This document shows, piece after piece, positions 16,440-23,461 of a DNA stretch of 64,000 bases. The position numbers and the translations under genes are program-made. Each line of letters begins with the position of its first letter. Positions within the stretch are counted from its first letter, which is position 1. Origin of the DNA: a virus. The stretch lies in the IMG/VR virus record IMGVR_UViG_3300036846_000555, positions 1-64,000 of that record; one strand, written 5' to 3'. The notes beneath the pieces are model-generated. The model was given only the letters and a program-made list of their open reading frames with translations. It had not been told where the DNA came from and made no database searches.

Positions 16440-16511
16440 GCCGCGTTCGTCTAGTGGTCAGGACGCCGCCCTCTCACGGCGGTAGCACGGGTTCGAACCC
16501 CGTACGCGGTG
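16440..16511 (+). tRNA. tRNA-Glu (anticodon CTC), CCA not encoded
   Basis: Cloverleaf: acceptor gccgcgt/acgcggt, anticodon arm ccgcc-CTCTCAC-ggcgg, T loop TTCGAAC. Confidence 0.95.
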
Positions 16512-16534
16512 CCTTTGAATCGAGGAGACAACCG

Positions 16535-16765
16535 ATGAAGTGGACCAAGCAGGAGGCAGGCTTCTACACGCTGGACGGCACCGACTACGCCGTCGCGTCG
16601 ATGAACGCGATGGGCGACGACGACGAGTTCGTCTCGCGGATGGAGTGGGCCCTGGTGCGGTTCAACCCGGGTGACCGGCGCGACTCGCAGGGCGGCGAGA
16701 ACCTGAACTGGTTCGACACGATGCGCCAGGCGCGAGTGGCCGCGGAGCGGCTGGCTCGCGGGTAG
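16535..16765 (+). CDS. Hypothetical protein
   Basis: GAGGAG RBS; MKWTKQEAGFYTL. Confidence 0.75.
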   Translation: MKWTKQEAGFYTLDGTDYAVASMNAMGDDDEFVSRMEWALVRFNPGDRRDSQGGENLNWFDTMRQARVAAERLARG

Positions 16766-16768
16766 TGT

Positions 16769-16834
16769 TCGGCCGGGCGCGCTGCCCTGGGGGCGCTCAG
16801 GGCGCGGCGCCGCCGCACGCCCGGCCGAGCTTTT
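16769..16834 (+). terminator. Long irregular hairpin with a T-run
   Basis: tcggccgggcg...cgcccggccga-gctttt. Confidence 0.6.
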
Positions 16835-16974
16835 GCAAGATCCCTCTTAGGTAACGGTAGCCGCGGGGCGAAACTTCTCGCTAAATGCGAGAACGCTCAC
16901 ATCTGGAGCTAGCCGCGGCGGTCTGCCGGTGGCAGTATGCGGGTGTCCGGATGACAGCGAGGAGGGAGTCACGC

Positions 16975-17163
16975 ATGCGGGTTGCCGAGATCGACGCCAT
17001 GATGGCCGCCGGGATCCCGTTTGAGCGGATCGAGGCCGAGATCGAGTGCGCACAGGAGTCGGACGTGGTCAAGAGCGCGCTCTGGCTGTACGCGTGGACG
17101 GAGTCCGACCGGACCGCCCGGCGCCGCGCCGTCGGCGAGCTGATCGCCGGGCTCGGCCTCTAG
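16975..17163 (+). CDS. Small helical protein, host-like
   Basis: GGAGGGAG RBS; IDAMMAAGIPFERIEAEI...KSALWLYAW. Confidence 0.65.
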   Translation: MRVAEIDAMMAAGIPFERIEAEIECAQESDVVKSALWLYAWTESDRTARRRAVGELIAGLGL

Positions 17164-17165
17164 TA

Positions 17166-17227
17166 TTAGCGCGCATCGTGTGCTATCCTGTAGGTGGGCC
17201 CAGAGAGGGCCCACACCGACCGAGGAG
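17166..17227 (+). promoter_or_regulatory. Promoter/operator element with hairpin and extended RBS
   Basis: TTAGCGCGC-ATC-GTGTGC-TATCCT-GTAG, then gtgggccc-AGAGA-gggcccac and ACCGACCGAGGAG. Confidence 0.85.
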
Positions 17228-17232
17228 CAGCG

Positions 17233-17418
17233 ATGGATTGGGGTTTCTACTTGCAGCCCGAGCCGCTGAGCGCGAGCGAGATGGCTGCCGTGCAGCACGC
17301 GGGACAGATCGACCGCGAGCGTCAGGCTGTCGAGCGCGCCCACCGGCGCGGCGACGAGCGTGCGCTGCGCCGGGCGCTGGCCCGCCTGCACGCGCGCGAG
17401 GAGAGGATCGAGCGATGA
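17233..17418 (+). CDS. Hypothetical protein
   Basis: ATG after the cassette RBS. Confidence 0.7.
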   Translation: MDWGFYLQPEPLSASEMAAVQHAGQIDRERQAVERAHRRGDERALRRALARLHAREERIER

Positions 17419-17657
17419 CCGACACCAAACAGCAGAAGGCCGTCTTGCGGCAAAACAAGTCCGCGCGCGCCGCCCGCAAGAAGTTCCCCGTGGGCTCGCG
17501 CGTAACGAGCGCTGACCACGACGGCTTGCCGATCGGCGAGGTGATCCGCCACGTCCCGCAGAGCAACGCTCAGGGCGGCGTGATCGTGGTCCGCTGGCCG
17601 AACGGCCAGGTCGGACGTCACGGCCCGATCAGCTTGCGAGTGGTCGACGATGGCTAG
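17415..17657 (+). CDS. Small SH3/KOW-like beta protein
   Basis: KFPVGSRV...IGEV...VIVVRWPNG. Confidence 0.6.
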   Translation: MTDTKQQKAVLRQNKSARAARKKFPVGSRVTSADHDGLPIGEVIRHVPQSNAQGGVIVVRWPNGQVGRHGPISLRVVDDG

Positions 17658-17910
17658 GCGAGCGCTCTTCTTGATGCAGGACTACGCGGGCGGCACGCGC
17701 CAGCTCTACCGAGGCAAGAACCCCGGGATCGCCGAGGAGCGCAAGCGCGCCCTGATGCGCTCCGGCTGGCCCGCGAACACCTTCGTGACAGTGGAGGCCA
17801 TGAGCCTGGCCGAAGCTCACGACAAGGCGCAGGCGATCCTCTGGAAGCGCCTGCACATTGACGCACGTCGTGTGCTAAAATCAGAGCAGACAACGACCGA
17901 GGAGGAGTGA
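17650..17910 (+). CDS. Hypothetical protein whose 3' end contains a promoter element
   Basis: Overlaps the previous stop; the last codons coincide with the repeated element. Confidence 0.6.
   Translation: MARRALFLMQDYAGGTRQLYRGKNPGIAEERKRALMRSGWPANTFVTVEAMSLAEAHDKAQAILWKRLHIDARRVLKSEQTTTEEE
17858..17905 (+). promoter_or_regulatory. Promoter/operator element with extended RBS
   Basis: TTGACGCAC-GTC-GTGTGC-TAAAAT ... ACGACCGAGGAGG. Confidence 0.8.
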
Positions 17911-18704
17911 CAATGCAACTAGGCTTCGGGTATTCCCGAGGTGTCCCGGAGGACATCACGACAGCGTGGGGTGCGCGACTCATCGCCCCGAACGATCTTC
18001 TGCACGACCGGCAGGATCTCGTTGCCGACAGCGACGAGGCCAAGCGCGAGCTGATCGCGTGGCTGAACGGCGCCACGCCCGGCAAGGGCGCGATCCGCGA
18101 GGCGCTCAAGGCGCTGAGCGAGCAGGCGTCCGAGCTGCGCTACCGCGAGGGCGAGTTCACCGTCTACGAGGACGAGGACGGCATCATCGTCGGTAACACT
18201 CAGCAGTCCGGCGGGTATGTGTACGTGAGCGGCTGGTTGAAGCCTGACCGGCTGTCGGCCGAGGAGCGCGAGCGGCTGACCGAGATCCGCCGGATGACCG
18301 AGCTGGGGCGCGCGCACGAGGATCTCAAGCAGGGCTGGTACCGGCTGATCCGCGGCTCGATCCCGGCCGAGCGCTGGGAGAAGGCGTACGGCTGGAGCGC
18401 CAAGGAGGCCGCGCAGATGGACGGCACCAGCTACGACGTCCGGCTGTTCTTCTACGAGCCCGACGGCTCCTACCGCGAGATCGGCGAGAACACCGACCTG
18501 CAGCTTGAGTTCGGCTACGGCGGCACCGGACCGCACACCTCCGCCGAGACCATCGTGCGCGACCTCACCGGCACCTACGACGGCAGTCCCGCCGGGCTGC
18601 GCACGCTGGTGCCCGAGGTGTTCGACGGTGGCCGCATCGCCAGCGAGGTGATCGTGTTCGCTGCCGACGTCAAGGCGCGGCTGGCGCAGCGGGCGGCGGC
18701 ATGA
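17907..18704 (+). CDS. Hypothetical protein (about 265 aa, two domains; start 17907 or 17913)
   Basis: Long ORF with strong RBS. The C-terminal FEFGYGGTGP-type motif appears here as LEFGYGGTGPHTSAETI. Confidence 0.8.
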   Translation: MTMQLGFGYSRGVPEDITTAWGARLIAPNDLLHDRQDLVADSDEAKRELIAWLNGATPGKGAIREALKALSEQASELRYREGEFTVYEDEDGIIVGNTQQSGGYVYVSGWLKPDRLSAEERERLTEIRRMTELGRAHEDLKQGWYRLIRGSIPAERWEKAYGWSAKEAAQMDGTSYDVRLFFYEPDGSYREIGENTDLQLEFGYGGTGPHTSAETIVRDLTGTYDGSPAGLRTLVPEVFDGGRIASEVIVFAADVKARLAQRAAA

Positions 18705-18910
18705 GGGGTCCCTGCAGGTGTCTGCATCGTGCCGCGTGGCGCGTCACGGCGTACCGCTGCAACTACTCCGCCTTCAACGGCTACCACTACACGCCGAGCG
18801 ACTACAGCGAGGTGACGTGCAGCCAGGACGCCGGGGGTTGCGGCAGGCGGTGGCGCACCAAGGCACGCTACGTCGAGGAGCTGCCGCGGATGGCCCGTAG
18901 CTCACGTTAG
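18701..18910 (+). CDS. Zinc-binding microprotein
   Basis: PCRC...CNYSAFNGYHYTPSDYSEVTC...GCGRRWRT. Confidence 0.7.
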   Translation: MRGPCRCLHRAAWRVTAYRCNYSAFNGYHYTPSDYSEVTCSQDAGGCGRRWRTKARYVEELPRMARSSR

Positions 18911-18961
18911 GCGTTACGGGACGCTACACTGGGTCGGCGTACCCGACCCGAGGAGGACAAG

Positions 18962-19462
18962 ATGCCCAGTGCGACGCAGGACGCGCCCGCCCAGAACGGC
19001 AGCGCACCCCAGGTTCCGCATGCTGCCGAGATCATCCAGCAGCTCCGCGCCCTGATCGACGAGCGACGCAACCGGCTCGCCGAGCTGGACCAGGAGCGCG
19101 ACCGGATCAACGCCGAGGTGAAGGCCTACGAGCAGGCGATCAAGCCGCTGACCGGAGAGCAGCCACGCAAGCGCGGCCGAGCCAAGGCCCAGCAGCCCGG
19201 GAACCTGACGAGGGTCGGCACCAATCGCCTGGAGGAGCTGAAGAACTTCCTCCGCGCCTACGGCGCCGATCACGACGAGTTCCGGCAGGTCGACATCCGC
19301 GCCGCGATGGGCCAATGGGCGGACGGCGCCAAGATCAGCTCCGGCGCGAGCGCCTCGGCGTTTGAGACGCTGCGTCAGGAGCCGCACAACTTCTTGCGCA
19401 TCGGCCGGGTGGACGGCAATTCGAAGTACTACCGGCTGACCCGTGAAGCGCTGCGGTCATGA
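18962..19462 (+). CDS. Coiled-coil plus probable winged-helix DNA-binding protein
   Basis: N-terminal heptads, then EELKNFL...FRQVDIRAAM...AFETLRQ...RIGRVDGNSKYYRLT. Confidence 0.6.
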   Translation: MPSATQDAPAQNGSAPQVPHAAEIIQQLRALIDERRNRLAELDQERDRINAEVKAYEQAIKPLTGEQPRKRGRAKAQQPGNLTRVGTNRLEELKNFLRAYGADHDEFRQVDIRAAMGQWADGAKISSGASASAFETLRQEPHNFLRIGRVDGNSKYYRLTREALRS

Positions 19463-19941
19463 GCGCGTCACGCAACGGCCGGGTCGACATGACCCTGCTG
19501 GGGATCTCCGACGCGGACATCCTCGGCATCCTCGATGACCTGAGCGACGAGAACGGCTGGGCGACGACCATGGCGGTCCGCGTTCAGCTTGGCGAGGACC
19601 CGTGGATTCCGTCCACGGGCGAGCACCGTTCCGGCGTCGGCATCCGGCTGGCGTGGCTGCGCCGGTACGGCTGGCTGGAGAAAGGCCAGCGCGAGAAGAT
19701 CGAGTCCGACGACGAGCGCGGCTGGCGCTGGTCGCAGTCGTGGCGGCTCACGGCGATGGGCCAGGCGCTGCTTGACCACCCGGAGCTGAGCCGGACGGTC
19801 GAGAAGGCGATGGACGGGCTGAACCCCGCGCAGCGGCTCCGGCTGGTCCGTGAGCTGGGCGAGTCGGGATTCGGCGCGGCGCCCGAGATCCACGCGGCGC
19901 TGCGTCGGCAGTGGCGACGTTCGATGCGGCTGCGCGCGTGA
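19459..19941 (+). CDS. Probable winged-helix DNA-binding protein
   Basis: DADILGILDDL...TTMAVRVQL...VGIRLAWLRRYGWLEK...WRLTAMGQALL. Confidence 0.65.
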   Translation: MSASRNGRVDMTLLGISDADILGILDDLSDENGWATTMAVRVQLGEDPWIPSTGEHRSGVGIRLAWLRRYGWLEKGQREKIESDDERGWRWSQSWRLTAMGQALLDHPELSRTVEKAMDGLNPAQRLRLVRELGESGFGAAPEIHAALRRQWRRSMRLRA

Positions 19942-20132
19942 CCGGCTGCTACTGCCTGTGCGGGATCAACCACCCGTCCGTCCCGGGCCTGTGCGGCGGC
20001 GACGCCGAGACGAAGATCTTCGTCTGGGTCGGCGAGGAGCCCGAGCGCGAGCAGGTCCCCATCCCGATGTGCGAACGCTGCGCCGCGGCGACGCTGCAGC
20101 ACACTCCGGGAGCGTCCGCGACATCGTCATGA
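19938..20132 (+). CDS. Cys-rich microprotein
   Basis: GCYCLCGINHP...LC...MCERC; GTGA coupling. Confidence 0.6.
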   Translation: MTGCYCLCGINHPSVPGLCGGDAETKIFVWVGEEPEREQVPIPMCERCAAATLQHTPGASATSS

Positions 20133-20165
20133 GGTTGGGGGCCGACACGGCCGTACGCTTCCCGT

Positions 20166-21596
20166 GTGTCGGTCTCCGCACCTCAGCCCGCGGCGCCTGC
20201 TCCGCCACCCGCCGCGGGTGGCGGCGGCAGCTTCGAACAGCTCCATCCCCGTGGGCGGGGTGGGAAATGGATCGTCTCGCACGGCGCCGGGTACGGGGCC
20301 GGAGGGCCTGACCAGACCACCCTGCAGCTTCAGCAGCGCCTGAAGCAGCTCGGCTTCGACGTCCCCGCCGACGGCAAGTACGGTCCGGCGACGAAGCAGG
20401 CCGTCCAGGCGTTCCAGAACCGCTACGGGCTCCAAACGAGCGGCGGCGTGGACGCCGCGACGATGGCGATTCTGCAGAACCCGCCGCCGCAGACGCTCAA
20501 GCAGGCGCAGAAATCGCTGGGGCTCACCGCAAAGGGCACGCCGATCCCGACGAAGACGTCCAAGAAGGTGGCCAAGAAGACGTCCACGGCCAAGACCGCG
20601 ACCGGCGCGACCCGGAGTAAGGGCAAGACGATCTCGTCGCCCCAGGCGACGCTCACGCGGGCCCTGAACGCCACCGTGCAGGGGCCGGGGCATCTCGGTA
20701 ACGGCAACCTCGCTCAGGGCGCGGGCCTGACCGGCACGTCGAGCCCGGCCGTTTCGAACTTGCAGGCGACGCTCACCGCCGCCGGATTCAAGGTCACCAA
20801 GGACGGGCGGTTCGGCCCGCAGACGGAGGCAGCCGTGAGACAGCTCCAGCAGGCGCACGGGCTCCAGGTCGACGGCATCGTCGGACCCGAGACGAAGGGC
20901 CTGCTGATCGGCCTGGCCGCGGCTGCGCCGAAGGCCGCTTCGAAGGCCAGGGCCAAGAAGACCACGCGCGCGATCACGAGCCGGTCGATTCCGGGGCAGC
21001 CCGCCGTTCTGCGCACCAAGGCCGGGACGCCGCGGCACAGCGGCCGGTCCGGCGGAAGCCGGATGAAGCTCCAGCCGCCGAAGAAGGCGCCCGCGACCCT
21101 GAAGTACTCCGCGGAGGTGCCGACCGAGCAGCCCGAGCTGGAGGAGACGACCGTCCAGTTCGGCTACGGCGGCCAGCCGTCACGCTCGATCAAGGACGGC
21201 CGCGACACCACGCCCGCCGCTGACCAGCCGGTGTGGACACGGACCGGCGTCCAGACCGACATCGGCGACCTGGCGATCCCGGACGGCCGTGACCCGGCGC
21301 TGCCGACACCCAGCGTCGGCGAGATCCTCGCTGACGGCCGCGAGCCCGTGCCGCCGCTCTCCGGCCAGACGCTCGCCGACGGCCGCGAGCCTGTGCCGCC
21401 GCCGCCCGGCGACGAGACGATCCCGGACGGCCGCAACTACATCCGGACGGTGTCGCTGCTGGCCGAGGCCGTGCTGGAGCGCAAGGCCGCCAAGACCGGC
21501 ATCGAGTTCGTCTGCGCGCGGGCCCGCGAGCAGGCGCTGCGCGAGCGGCTCAGCGAGGCGGGCTACACCACGAGGAGGAGCAATGACCCTGCTTGA
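20166..21596 (+). CDS. Protein with two peptidoglycan-binding (PG_binding_1-like) domains, DGREP repeats and a C-terminal shared helix motif
   Basis: LQQRLKQLGF...DGKYGPATKQAVQAFQ...GL...G.VD and LQATLTAAGF...DGRFGPQTEAAVRQLQ...GLQVDGIVGPET. No catalytic domain was recognised. Confidence 0.85.
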   Translation: MSVSAPQPAAPAPPPAAGGGGSFEQLHPRGRGGKWIVSHGAGYGAGGPDQTTLQLQQRLKQLGFDVPADGKYGPATKQAVQAFQNRYGLQTSGGVDAATMAILQNPPPQTLKQAQKSLGLTAKGTPIPTKTSKKVAKKTSTAKTATGATRSKGKTISSPQATLTRALNATVQGPGHLGNGNLAQGAGLTGTSSPAVSNLQATLTAAGFKVTKDGRFGPQTEAAVRQLQQAHGLQVDGIVGPETKGLLIGLAAAAPKAASKARAKKTTRAITSRSIPGQPAVLRTKAGTPRHSGRSGGSRMKLQPPKKAPATLKYSAEVPTEQPELEETTVQFGYGGQPSRSIKDGRDTTPAADQPVWTRTGVQTDIGDLAIPDGRDPALPTPSVGEILADGREPVPPLSGQTLADGREPVPPPPGDETIPDGRNYIRTVSLLAEAVLERKAAKTGIEFVCARAREQALRERLSEAGYTTRRSNDPA

Positions 21597-21918
21597 AGAC
21601 CGATTGCAGGAGGCTGTCGACGCGCGCAAGGCGGCGACCACCTCGACTGAGTTCGTCCGCGCCCGCGCTCGCGAGAAGTTCTTCCGGCGCGAGCTGGAGG
21701 AGAAGGAGTTCACCGCGGCGCGCCGCGAGACGCTGGCGAAGAAGGGTCACGCGATGCCGCACGGCGGCTTCCCGATCGAGAACGGCGCGGATCTCGCCAA
21801 CGCGATCCAGGCGCTCGGCCGGGCGAAGAACCCGGAGGCGGCGAAGGCGCACATCATCAAGCGCGCGAAAGCGCTCGGGCTGACCAGCAAGCTGCCGGAC
21901 GGCTGGAACGTGAGCTGA
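21583..21918 (+). CDS. Probable head-associated protein (shared helix plus DUF6582-like domain)
   Basis: AMPHGGFPIEN..DL.NAI.A.GRAK......HIIKRAKALG....LP..W, a domain recalled from phage head proteins. Confidence 0.7.
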   Translation: MTLLEDRLQEAVDARKAATTSTEFVRARAREKFFRRELEEKEFTAARRETLAKKGHAMPHGGFPIENGADLANAIQALGRAKNPEAAKAHIIKRAKALGLTSKLPDGWNVS

Positions 21919-22373
21919 TGCCCGACGCTCTGGCGCAGGCGGTCGCAGACCGGGTCGGCGCGAAGACGTCGACCGAGTTCGTCCGGGCGCGCGCCCGCGA
22001 GCGGGTTCTGCGCGAGTGGCAGTGGCTCGACGAGCACGCCGAGGAGTGGCTGCCGACCGCGCTGCAGGAGTCCACCAAGACGGCCGGGTACAGCGTCACG
22101 CCGTCACCGTTCTCGCGGAGCAAGACGAGCAACTGGATCGCTCGGCTCGGCGGGCTCCCGGCGTACATCCAGAACGTCGCGAAGGGCATCATGAAGTCCG
22201 GCAAGTCCGAGTCGGAGGCGATCGCGTCGGCGATCGCCGTCATGAAGCGATGGGCGGCCGGGGGCGGCAAGGTGAGCGCCGAGGTGAAGGCGGCGGCAGC
22301 GAAGGCGCTCAGTCAGTGGGAGGCCCTCAAGGCCAAGAACGCCACGAAGAAGGGCGTCAAAGCCGCCGCATAA
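21918..22373 (+). CDS. Probable head-associated protein (shared helix plus conserved actinophage helical domain)
   Basis: NWIARLGGLPAYIQNVAKGIM...SEAIASAI...WEALKAK. Confidence 0.7.
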   Translation: MPDALAQAVADRVGAKTSTEFVRARARERVLREWQWLDEHAEEWLPTALQESTKTAGYSVTPSPFSRSKTSNWIARLGGLPAYIQNVAKGIMKSGKSESEAIASAIAVMKRWAAGGGKVSAEVKAAAAKALSQWEALKAKNATKKGVKAAA

Positions 22374-22394
22374 GCGCACGACGTGTGCTATACT
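22371..22394 (+). promoter_or_regulatory. Promoter/operator element
   Basis: TAAGCGCAC-GAC-GTGTGC-TATACT. Confidence 0.85.
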
Positions 22395-22399
22395 CAAAG

Positions 22400-22586
22400 C
22401 GTCGGGTGAGAGAAGGGTTCTCCCCGATTGGCGCGAGTCGCCGGTGGGGGCCCAGCTTCGATCCCAGGCGTGGGTGAGCGGCCCCGGCGTCAGGCTCGCG
22501 GCCCTTGAACGGGTGGCTGACAGAGAGCCCGCTCCGATCCCTGGTCCAACCGACTTCACCAGGCTGAGAGAAGAGCGGGCTTCGGG
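22400..22586 (+). ncRNA. Candidate structured small RNA between two promoter copies
   Basis: Three hairpin domains: cgggtgaga/tctccccg; cgcgagtc-gccgg/ccggc-ggctcgcg; agcccgctc-cctggt/accagg-gagcgggct. Confidence 0.5.
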
Positions 22587-22649
22587 CTAAGCACGCATCG
22601 TGTGCTACAATGTAGGTGCGGCCACGAGGCCGTGATCCCCGACCGAGGA
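22587..22649 (+). promoter_or_regulatory. Promoter/operator element with hairpin and RBS
   Basis: CTAAGCACGC-ATC-GTGTGC-TACAAT-GTAGGTG-cggcc-acga-ggccg ... CCGACCGAGGAC. Confidence 0.85.
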
Positions 22650-22653
22650 CACG

Positions 22654-22815
22654 ATGACCACCACCGAGAAGACGTTCACCATCACCTGCCAGCACGGCAA
22701 GTTCGCCAGTCGCTGGGTCGTGAGGGCGTACTGGCTCGGCGCGGAGCGTGTCGTGTACGAGAGCCCCAGCGTCTACGCCTGTTGCCGCTGGGTTGCCAAA
22801 CAGAAAGAGGACTGA
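22654..22815 (+). CDS. Microprotein (53 aa)
   Basis: Not in the ORF track. MTTTEKTFTITCQHGKFASRWVVRAYWLGAERVVYESPSVYACCRWVAKQKED; abuts the next ATG. Confidence 0.7.
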   Translation: MTTTEKTFTITCQHGKFASRWVVRAYWLGAERVVYESPSVYACCRWVAKQKED

Positions 22816-23025
22816 ATGAGCTACGCCCCCGAAGTGATCGCTGACGCCAGCGGCACGTGGGCAGGTAACGCGCTGCGGTTCGCCACCGAGCTGGAGGCCG
22901 AGATGTACGCGTTCGACCTGTCGATGCGCTGGGCGCTGGTGACTGCCACGCGCGTCGTCGAGTCCGACGACCCCGTCAACTACGCCATCGACAACGGCGT
23001 GCTGACCCGGATCGAGGCGGAATGA
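22816..23025 (+). CDS. Hypothetical protein
   Basis: MSYAPEV...GTWAGNALRFATELEAE, a common phage-type small protein. Confidence 0.75.
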   Translation: MSYAPEVIADASGTWAGNALRFATELEAEMYAFDLSMRWALVTATRVVESDDPVNYAIDNGVLTRIEAE

Positions 23026-23189
23026 GCAAGCGCCGCGCCACCGGCCAGCCGCGCGTCCGTAGCTGGGTCGCTGTCGCGGCGCACATGCGCTCCGGCGCGG
23101 GCTCGCATGGCAAGCGCGGCAAGGGCCGCGGGCGCCGTGACGACCGCTCCCGCCAGAGCGTGCGCGCGTCGCTGCGAGACGCGCGATGA
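23022..23189 (+). CDS. Highly basic microprotein (55 aa)
   Basis: Not in the ORF track; ATGA-coupled at both ends. MSKRRATGQPRVRSWVAVAAHMRSGAGSHGKRGKGRGRRDDRSRQSVRASLRDAR. Confidence 0.7.
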   Translation: MSKRRATGQPRVRSWVAVAAHMRSGAGSHGKRGKGRGRRDDRSRQSVRASLRDAR

Positions 23190-23395
23190 GCCCCACCGAA
23201 GAGCAGAACGACCGCTTCGACGCGGTCCTTGACCGGCTCGACGATCGCTTCGTCGCGCGGGTGCTCGGCCTTGGCGGCTACGGCGCCGACTACGAGGCGA
23301 TCATCGTCCGCTTCGACAGCTTTTCGCAGGCGCGGGCTGAGCGGATTCTGCGGGCGCTGGAGGGCGAGGCCCGCCGGATCCAGGGATTGTGGTAA
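23186..23395 (+). CDS. Hypothetical protein
   Basis: ATGA coupling. Confidence 0.65.
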   Translation: MSPTEEQNDRFDAVLDRLDDRFVARVLGLGGYGADYEAIIVRFDSFSQARAERILRALEGEARRIQGLW

Positions 23396-23457
23396 CGCAC
23401 GATGTGTGCTACAATTGAGGTGCGGTCAGAGAGTGGCCGCGACACCGACCGAGGAGC
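23392..23457 (+). promoter_or_regulatory. Promoter/operator element with hairpin and extended RBS
   Basis: GTAACGCAC-GAT-GTGTGC-TACAAT-TGAGGT-gcggtca-GAGAG-tggccgc ... ACCGACCGAGGAG. Confidence 0.85.
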
Positions 23458-23461
23458 AGAT

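Noticed and set aside
20166-21596. Endolysin call
   Set aside because: Binding domains only; no amidase, peptidase or glycosidase motif was found.
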